Shown here: piece after piece, positions 57,397 to 64,000 of the stretch
Position numbering within the stretch: the first letter of the stretch is position 1
How the letters are laid out: the number at the start of each line of letters is the position of its first letter
Notes under the pieces: generated by a model
Databases searched by the model: none
What the model saw: the letters and a program-made list of their open reading frames with translations, nothing else
Told to the model about the DNA's origin: nothing
Position numbers and translations under genes: made by a program
Assembly: GCA_965372795.1 (NCBI GenBank)
Contig: CBDVDR010000002.1
Span: 64,001-128,000 of the forward strand
Origin: an uncultured bacterium
GTDB lineage: Bacteria; Zixibacteria; MSB-5A5; GN15; FEB-12
DNA length: 64,000 nucleotides
Direction of reading: 5' to 3'

Positions 57397-59163
57397 GTGG
57401 AGGCTATTCAGATTTTGAAAAAAATAGATGCGGTTTCAAAAACAATCATTTTGATAATGGTAATGTTCCTTATCAGTGTTTCAGGAGTAAATGCTCAGAG
57501 CAGGGTTTATCTTCAGAATGTTGTGGGTCTTAATCATCTTGACCGGATAATTCCTAATACTACAATTAAATTTCAGATTGCTTTAAAAAATAGTGAAAAC
57601 GCTAATATATTGACATTGTCGCATGGTTTTCAGGTTTATTCGCCTGATGGCGCAAGTTGGGGGGGGACTACGGCTCAACGAACGGGAAATATTAACACCA
57701 GTTTTGAGACGATTGCGCTGATTTTGTTAAATACCGATGGCGTTGGCGCTGATACGGTAGGGATCACAGCTGTTAATGGGAATCAAAACGGGATATCAGC
57801 CGGGTTTGATGCAATTTTTCTCGAGATTATATTAGATGGAATAAGTGAATTAGATTATGGCACAACAGTCTGCCTTGACAGCAGTTATTTAGAACCGGAC
57901 GGAATGTGGCTCTGGTCAAATTTTTATGGTGATTTGATTCCTGAGTGGGATGGTCCTCATTGTTTTGAGGTTGCCTGTATAACCGATGATGATTCTGACA
58001 GTGACGGGGTTGGCGATGTCTGTGATAATTGTCCTCTTATAAATAATTCTGACCAGTATGATTTTGATGAGGACGGGTTTGGGCAACTTTGTGATTGTGA
58101 TGATTTAAACGCCGATTTGAATGATAATTCTATCTGGCGTGTGGATGCCGATGGGGATGGTTTCGGGTCGGATGCTTTGACAATAGTTCAATGTGAGAAG
58201 CCGGTTGGTTATGTTTTAAATAATAGCGATTGTGATGATTCTGATGAAACTATCGGAGCACCTGAAACATGGTATGAGGATTTTGACGGGGATGGATATG
58301 GTAATCCGTTGAGTACGATCTTTAGTTGTGAAATCCCGAGTGGGTATGTGACTAACAGTTTGGATTGCGATGATGCCAAGAGTGAAATCTCACCGGAAAC
58401 GGTTTGGTATCTCGACGCTGACGGGGATGGTTATGGTAATGCAGTTGAAATGACATCAAGTTGTTTGCAACCTGATGGATATGTAGATAACGATACCGAT
58501 TGTGATGATACTAATAGTGATTTATCACCGGTAACAGCTTGGTATCTTGATGCTGATGGGGATGGTTACGGTAATGTATCTGAGAAGGTGTTAAACTGTT
58601 TACAACCGGATGGATATATAACAGATCTAACCGATTGTGATGATGCCAGGGCTGAAATCAATCCGCTGACACGCTGGTTTGAGGATGTTGATCTGGATGG
58701 GTTTGGGGATGTTGGAACTGTATTAATCGGGTGTGAACAACCGGACGGCTTTGTTTCAGATAGTACCGATAATTGTGTTGAGAAATATAATCAAGATCAG
58801 GCGGATATAAATAAAAATGGTATCGGGGATGTGTGCGAGGATCAGCAGACTTCGGTTGAGTCGGTCGAGTCAGAAAGTTTGCCGGATGAATATCAGTTGG
58901 GACAGAATTACCCGAACCCGTTTAATTCATCAACCATATTCAGGTATGGGACACCTAAATCCGGTTTTGTCAGGTTGACGATTCATAATCTGCTTGGGCA
59001 GAAAGTGCGAGTTCTTTATGATGGGGTGCAATCAGCCGGTTATTATTTAGCCAGTTGGGACGGAAAGAACGAGACTAACAAGAATGTCCCGAGCGGGATT
59101 TATTTTTATAAATTAGAATCTACGACGGTAACTATTTCAAGGAAATTGGTGCTGGTTAAATAA
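57397..59163 (+). CDS. Secreted protein with thrombospondin type-3 and putative metal-binding (WYxDADGDGYG...DCDD) repeats and T9SS/FlgD-type CTD
   Basis: Five W(Y/R/F)xDxDxDG(Y/F)G repeats, DGVGDVCDNCP and QNYPNPFN...RKLVLVK. Confidence 0.88.
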   Translation: MEAIQILKKIDAVSKTIILIMVMFLISVSGVNAQSRVYLQNVVGLNHLDRIIPNTTIKFQIALKNSENANILTLSHGFQVYSPDGASWGGTTAQRTGNINTSFETIALILLNTDGVGADTVGITAVNGNQNGISAGFDAIFLEIILDGISELDYGTTVCLDSSYLEPDGMWLWSNFYGDLIPEWDGPHCFEVACITDDDSDSDGVGDVCDNCPLINNSDQYDFDEDGFGQLCDCDDLNADLNDNSIWRVDADGDGFGSDALTIVQCEKPVGYVLNNSDCDDSDETIGAPETWYEDFDGDGYGNPLSTIFSCEIPSGYVTNSLDCDDAKSEISPETVWYLDADGDGYGNAVEMTSSCLQPDGYVDNDTDCDDTNSDLSPVTAWYLDADGDGYGNVSEKVLNCLQPDGYITDLTDCDDARAEINPLTRWFEDVDLDGFGDVGTVLIGCEQPDGFVSDSTDNCVEKYNQDQADINKNGIGDVCEDQQTSVESVESESLPDEYQLGQNYPNPFNSSTIFRYGTPKSGFVRLTIHNLLGQKVRVLYDGVQSAGYYLASWDGKNETNKNVPSGIYFYKLESTTVTISRKLVLVK

Positions 59164-59221
59164 GTTAGTTTTCTTGTGCATCTGCTTGTTTTCTCTGTGA
59201 ATTATAATCATATTTATCGCT

Positions 59222-60007
59222 ATGGCGGCTCTGTTTTATAAGCATTATGCAGGTGATCCATATTTCAATATGGGTTTTGATGAATACCTTTTTTCCAAAG
59301 CATTCGAAAGTGATGAACTGTTTGCCCTGAGGCTTTACAGCTGGCAACCGGGGGGGATTACAATCGGTTTGAATCAGGATAAGGATAGAGCGATTAACTG
59401 GAGCAAGATTGGCCGGACGCCCGTTATTCGGCGGGTGACGGGAGGGAGAGCGATTTATCATGATCCGGGCGAGTTGACTTATTCGGTGGCTTATAGAAAT
59501 ATTAAATGGGTTGATTCAATTACTGCTGAAGATTTAAAAATGTTTTCAGAGAAAGTTGCCTCGGCACTGGTTGGTTTTTTGAAATTGATGGGGATTAGTT
59601 CGGAGTTCAAGCGGGTAGTGTCAAAGGCTGCCATTGAAAAGAATTATTTTCATAAGGCACCCTGCTTTGCATCGGTGGCCCGTCATGAGATATTATCAGA
59701 TGGACAGAAAGTAATAGCATCCGCTCAAAGGGTGGTTGAAAATAAAATTCTTCAGCACGGTTCAATCAAAATCGCAAGAATTTCGACTCATGAGGCACTT
59801 GTGGGGGGATCCGAAGAAACGGAAAAAGGGGAAGTGACACAAGCAGTTAGCTTTGAATATTTTACCCAGGCAGCTGGCCGGTTACGAGGATCTTTTGAGT
59901 CAGAGTTTGGAGTGTTATTTGAAGAATGTGAAGAATCTGACGGGGATGATAATCGTTTGCATGGAAAAATAGATAATGTTCGAAAAAATCCATTAATAAA
60001 GCGTTAA
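59222..60007 (+). CDS. Lipoate-protein ligase A / octanoyltransferase (LipM-like)
   Basis: NMGFDE, LRLYSW, RRVTGGRAIYH, KVIASAQR and LQHGSI. Confidence 0.88.
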   Translation: MAALFYKHYAGDPYFNMGFDEYLFSKAFESDELFALRLYSWQPGGITIGLNQDKDRAINWSKIGRTPVIRRVTGGRAIYHDPGELTYSVAYRNIKWVDSITAEDLKMFSEKVASALVGFLKLMGISSEFKRVVSKAAIEKNYFHKAPCFASVARHEILSDGQKVIASAQRVVENKILQHGSIKIARISTHEALVGGSEETEKGEVTQAVSFEYFTQAAGRLRGSFESEFGVLFEECEESDGDDNRLHGKIDNVRKNPLIKR

Positions 60008-60277
60008 AAAATTAAACAGTCAGTGCTAATAAAATGTCTATAAAATGACGAAATTGCGGTTTTAAAAGGAAAAATCGCTTGACTTGTGAGCCAATTTTTG
60101 GCTATTCTTTATTTTTGTATTCTTATTGTATATCCTTTTTAGTCTGGGGTATTATAACAATATGAAAACAAATAAGTTGGGAGCTTTCAGGGTGTAGAAC
60201 TCTGAGTCGTAAGCACTTTTTTTAAAAGTGTTATGAACTTGAAAAAATGCGATAAAAATATCCAGGAGGTAGTCTGT

Positions 60278-63200
60278 ATGCTTGGTCGTCAAAGACTCAA
60301 TCTGACAAGCTTTATAATCACATTTCTGTTGTTAGCAGCAGTGCCGGGAATGGTTTTCGCCGGACCTGGACAGGTTAAAGGTCAAGTAATTGATAAGTCG
60401 ACTAGTGAACCTGTCATTGGTGCATCGGTTTTTATAGTAGGTACAACCTTAGGTGCCCAAACAGATTTTGACGGTAACTATATTATTCGCCAAGTAGATC
60501 CTGGCAATTATGTTGTCCGCATAACTCATATCGATTATAACGCGATGGAAGTTTCTGATGTTACAGTTCAATCTGATTTATCCTTTGAAGTATCCCCGGA
60601 AATGGAACAGAAGGTTACCGATGTGGGTGTTACCATTAGGGTAACCGCCGAACGTGACATTATTGATAAATTTGTAGTTTCTAACCAGGTCTCGATGTCT
60701 AAAGAAGAGATTGCTCATCGTCCGGTAAGTACTGTAGATGAACTTCTCACTTCGGTTGCCGGGGTTGTCACGAATCAGTCGGGTGATATTTTCATTCGCG
60801 GTGGTCGTGCCGGTGAGGTTGCTTATTATGTTGATGGTGTGCCAATCGGTGATCCGCTTGGCGGACTTGGACAGGCCGGGGCAGCTTTATCTTTAGTTTC
60901 CGGTTCAATTCAGGAATTTACAATTATTAAAGATGGTTTTGATCCTGAGTATGGTGATGCGCTATCCGGTATTGTTAAGATTACTACCCGTACCGGTTCA
61001 AAAGACAACACTAATATTAACTTTCAGTACATAACAGATGATTTTGGAAATGCGTCATTGAATAAATATTCGCGTAACAGTGATTTTGTGCGTCTTTCAT
61101 TCTCCGGTCCGGATCCATTTTTGAAAAACAAAATTTTACCAGCCCTGGGATTGGGTTTTCTTGAAGATAAAGAATTTACTTATTACATTTATGCTGAAGT
61201 AGACAAAAACGACGGTACTTTCCAGTATCAGGATTATGACACTCCGATTACCCGCCGTGACAGTGATGCCTTTAATCTATTTGGCATTGACGTACCTGAT
61301 CGTTTAAATAATAAATATTACTGGATGGCTAACTTCAAATTCAGACCTCGTCCGAATCTGAAATTTATTGTATCGATAAAAGATTCTCAGACTCGTCGTA
61401 CCTTATTTAACTGGGGTCAGCGTTACAGTTCTGCTGTTGCTCCGGTACAAGAAGATAAATGGTCATCAGCATCTATTGAAATTTCACAGTCAATTTCAAA
61501 AGAGATGAACTACGAATTTTTGTTTTCATATAAGATCAATGAAACAAATCAAAAACCGGGTGATCCAAATAACCCCGGCAAAGGTTTGGATCCTGATCAG
61601 TTTTATTTAGATCGTGAATGGGAATCCTGGGATGATACAATTCAGAATGGTATCTATGATCCACCGGAACCGATTTATAACTTATTCCCTGATACGACAA
61701 CCAATTTACGCTATGGTGATTACACCGGACCGGTTTGGACCGGAAGTGAAGTACAGGCTGACTTTACCGATGCGGGATTGTATTTTGACAGCGGTTTCTT
61801 CCGATTCAACGATAATGGTGTTCTTGATATGCTTGAAGGCGAACCATTCCTTGATTTAAACGGTAATGGGGTATGGGATCGCGGTGAATATTTACATGAT
61901 CGCAATGGCAATGGTCTGTTGGATTATGATCGTCTTCCAAATATATCAAACAGTACTCCTGAACCATATACCGATGGTGACTCGATTATTGGTGAACCTT
62001 ATTCCGATGTCAATGCTAATGGTTTTTATGATCGCGGAATTGATATTTTTATTAAGTCAACCGGACCGGATAATATGGACTTTAACCATAATGGTCAGTA
62101 TGATGGTCCTAATATTAATGCTTTGGAATGGACCCCTGAAATTCCATTTGCAGATCGTAACGGTAACGGACTTTATGATCCGCCGAACGATAATTATGAC
62201 ATTGGTGAACAATTTGTAGATTTAAACGGCAATGGAAAGTATGATCGTGGTTCATCTTTTCTTGATCCAATGAACTATACTACTTCATCCACCTGGCATC
62301 ATCGTAAAACTAAAACGATGCGTGGTGAATTTAAGATATTCCGTCAAATGGGCAACCATGAAATAAAATCGGGTCTTGCCTTATTTCAAAATGATTTTGT
62401 ATATCAGGAAATCGTGAAACCATACCTGCTCTATACCGGTCGTCCTGATAGTGTTGGTGGCATTCCTGCTCCATATCCTACCCGGGGCGCTTTTAGAGAT
62501 ATGTTCCGTTATGATCCATGGGGTGGAACTTTCTATCTTCGCGATAAAGTAGAGTATGGTTCGATGATCGCGTCGCTTGGTTTCCGCTGGGATTTCTTTA
62601 TTCAGGATAAATATGATTTGGTCGAAGTTGCTAAGAACGATGATCTTGGCTCCGGCATAATTTTAGGCGATCGTCAGAAAATATCTCCTCGTCTCGGTTT
62701 CTCCTATCCAATTTCTGATAAAGCCAAAGTTCATTTTAACTATGGTCATTTCTTCCAGCTTCCATCGCTGGTCAGAATGTATTCTCGTAATACCAGTGCC
62801 ATTAACGAAAATGATGTTTTAGGAAACTACAATCTGGATTACCAGAAAACGATTCAGTACTCATTCGGTGTAAAATACGCAATGAGTGAGAACTACTCGA
62901 TTGATTTTTCAGGTTATTTTAAAGATGAATTTGACAAGATTAACTCTCACCAGATTAGAATCGGCGGTTTGACTCGTCAGCAGTATCAGAACGCAGATTA
63001 TGGTCGTGGGCGCGGTGTAGAAATTACAATGGAAAAACGCGGTGGTGGTTATGTTAACGGAATGCTTAGTTATACTTACGCTTTCTCGTTCGGTAAAGCA
63101 TCCCAGACTAATGAAGACTATTTGACTGATTTCGAATTGTCTCGTGAACCGTTAAGTGAAGCCTCACTTGATAATGATGTACGTCATTCGTTTAAATCAT

Positions 63201-63634
63201 CAATTCAGGTGTTTGTACCGGGAACCGTGAAACCTCGCTTATTTGGAGTTCCGATTCCAAATGGCTGGTCGATGTCGATTGAGACTCTGATTGAGAGTGG
63301 CCGTCCCTTTACTCCAAGTCGTGAATATCCAAACATCACTTCGGCTGTCGGTGAAGACATTCAACGAAACTCCTTACGACGCCCTACTATTATAAACTTT
63401 GATTTAAGATTTACAAAAGACTTCGAGCTGGTTGGACTTGATTATAAATTTATTCTTTGGGTTGAAAACATTTTTGATAATAGAAATGTAAATTTCGTCT
63501 ATTCCAATACCGGTCGTCCCGATACCCAGCAGAACATAAACCAGATAATTCTTGGCGGCACCGAATTCGATTTGAATCCTTACAACTGGGATTATGGTCG
63601 TCAGGTAAGAGTTGGCATAGAAATTAACTTATAA
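60278..63634 (+). CDS. TonB-dependent receptor with N-terminal carboxypeptidase-like domain and inserted DxNxNG repeat region
   Basis: GGAGG RBS, plug IRGGRAGEVAYYVDG, GGF-like/EYG motif, SPRLGFSYP and C-terminal RQVRVGIEINL. Confidence 0.9.
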   Translation: MLGRQRLNLTSFIITFLLLAAVPGMVFAGPGQVKGQVIDKSTSEPVIGASVFIVGTTLGAQTDFDGNYIIRQVDPGNYVVRITHIDYNAMEVSDVTVQSDLSFEVSPEMEQKVTDVGVTIRVTAERDIIDKFVVSNQVSMSKEEIAHRPVSTVDELLTSVAGVVTNQSGDIFIRGGRAGEVAYYVDGVPIGDPLGGLGQAGAALSLVSGSIQEFTIIKDGFDPEYGDALSGIVKITTRTGSKDNTNINFQYITDDFGNASLNKYSRNSDFVRLSFSGPDPFLKNKILPALGLGFLEDKEFTYYIYAEVDKNDGTFQYQDYDTPITRRDSDAFNLFGIDVPDRLNNKYYWMANFKFRPRPNLKFIVSIKDSQTRRTLFNWGQRYSSAVAPVQEDKWSSASIEISQSISKEMNYEFLFSYKINETNQKPGDPNNPGKGLDPDQFYLDREWESWDDTIQNGIYDPPEPIYNLFPDTTTNLRYGDYTGPVWTGSEVQADFTDAGLYFDSGFFRFNDNGVLDMLEGEPFLDLNGNGVWDRGEYLHDRNGNGLLDYDRLPNISNSTPEPYTDGDSIIGEPYSDVNANGFYDRGIDIFIKSTGPDNMDFNHNGQYDGPNINALEWTPEIPFADRNGNGLYDPPNDNYDIGEQFVDLNGNGKYDRGSSFLDPMNYTTSSTWHHRKTKTMRGEFKIFRQMGNHEIKSGLALFQNDFVYQEIVKPYLLYTGRPDSVGGIPAPYPTRGAFRDMFRYDPWGGTFYLRDKVEYGSMIASLGFRWDFFIQDKYDLVEVAKNDDLGSGIILGDRQKISPRLGFSYPISDKAKVHFNYGHFFQLPSLVRMYSRNTSAINENDVLGNYNLDYQKTIQYSFGVKYAMSENYSIDFSGYFKDEFDKINSHQIRIGGLTRQQYQNADYGRGRGVEITMEKRGGGYVNGMLSYTYAFSFGKASQTNEDYLTDFELSREPLSEASLDNDVRHSFKSSIQVFVPGTVKPRLFGVPIPNGWSMSIETLIESGRPFTPSREYPNITSAVGEDIQRNSLRRPTIINFDLRFTKDFELVGLDYKFILWVENIFDNRNVNFVYSNTGRPDTQQNINQIILGGTEFDLNPYNWDYGRQVRVGIEINL

Positions 63635-63670
63635 AAAATGATTTATAACATAGAAAAGGTTGAGGACAGC

Positions 63671-64000
63671 ATGGATTTGAAAAATAGTCAAACATATCAT
63701 ATGAATAAGAGGGCATTCAGTCGGACTGTACTGTCACTGATTCTTGTGATTGTTGTGTTTGCTTTGTTTTCTCCAACCCAGGTTTTTGCCCAGGCAAAGG
63801 TCGGAACCACGGGGGCACAGTTTCTTGAATTAGGCGTGTCAGCTCGTGCAATGGGGATGGCAGAAGCATTTACAGCGGTTACAGATGACATCTCAGCCGT
63901 GTACTACAATCCGGCGGGGTTGACTTCGCTATATGGTAAAGAAGCGATGTTTACTTATATAAAATTGCCATCTCATGTAAACTTCGCTTTCGGTGCAATC
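63671..64000 (+). CDS. PorV/PorQ-like outer membrane beta-barrel (partial; missing from the ORF track)
   Basis: Manual translation: signal peptide then AKVGTTGAQFLELGVSARAMGMAEAFTAVTDDISAVYYNPAGL. Confidence 0.85.
   Translation, partial: MDLKNSQTYHMNKRAFSRTVLSLILVIVVFALFSPTQVFAQAKVGTTGAQFLELGVSARAMGMAEAFTAVTDDISAVYYNPAGLTSLYGKEAMFTYIKLPSHVNFAFGAI

Noticed and set aside
42..63891. Numerous short ORFs in the track overlapping long genes (e.g. 4428-4739, 5969-6451, 11087-11479, 24270-24680, 55147-55521, 63697-63891)
   Set aside because: Antisense or alternate-frame shadows of well-supported genes with no recognisable motifs.

Overview
Bacterial chromosomal DNA from a diderm with LPS genes, T9SS-type C-terminal sorting domains, C-terminal dockerin-like domains and a PEP-CTERM protein. 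By inference it is an FCB-group organism, most plausibly Zixibacteria. From left to right: a tyrosine catabolic operon (hppD-hmgA-aminotransferase-FAH family, 1-3917); a ~13 kb phage-derived head and packaging cluster (4370-17225); then dockerin proteins, lipA, an HD-GYP regulator, a site-2 protease, an SbcC/Rad50-like ATPase plus thermonuclease, a secreted S8/PKD protease, an NtrC-type regulator, an AT-rich islet with a REP mosaic, an HNH nuclease, trpS-scpA-scpB-rluB, an lpxL/MacAB-TolC/waaF operon, a secreted-peptide plus TPR-GAF-sigma54 activator pair, and a TonB receptor/PorV-like operon. The head cluster encodes portal, large terminase, prohead protease, probable scaffold, decoration protein, HK97-type capsid, a beta-propeller, an adaptor and two signal-peptide proteins. 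It has no recognisable integrase, repressor, replication, tail or endolysin genes, is split by opposite-strand host genes and contains host REP-like repeats. It is the best candidate for an undescribed system: a domesticated, tail-less, gene-transfer-agent-like particle. Other highlights are a probable ATA start for the terminase, a 300-bp mini-insert with a perfect promoter driving a leaderless acidic micro-ORF, a possible peptide-sensing sigma54 system and a GC-skew inversion. All family calls come from reading motifs by eye; no database searches were run.
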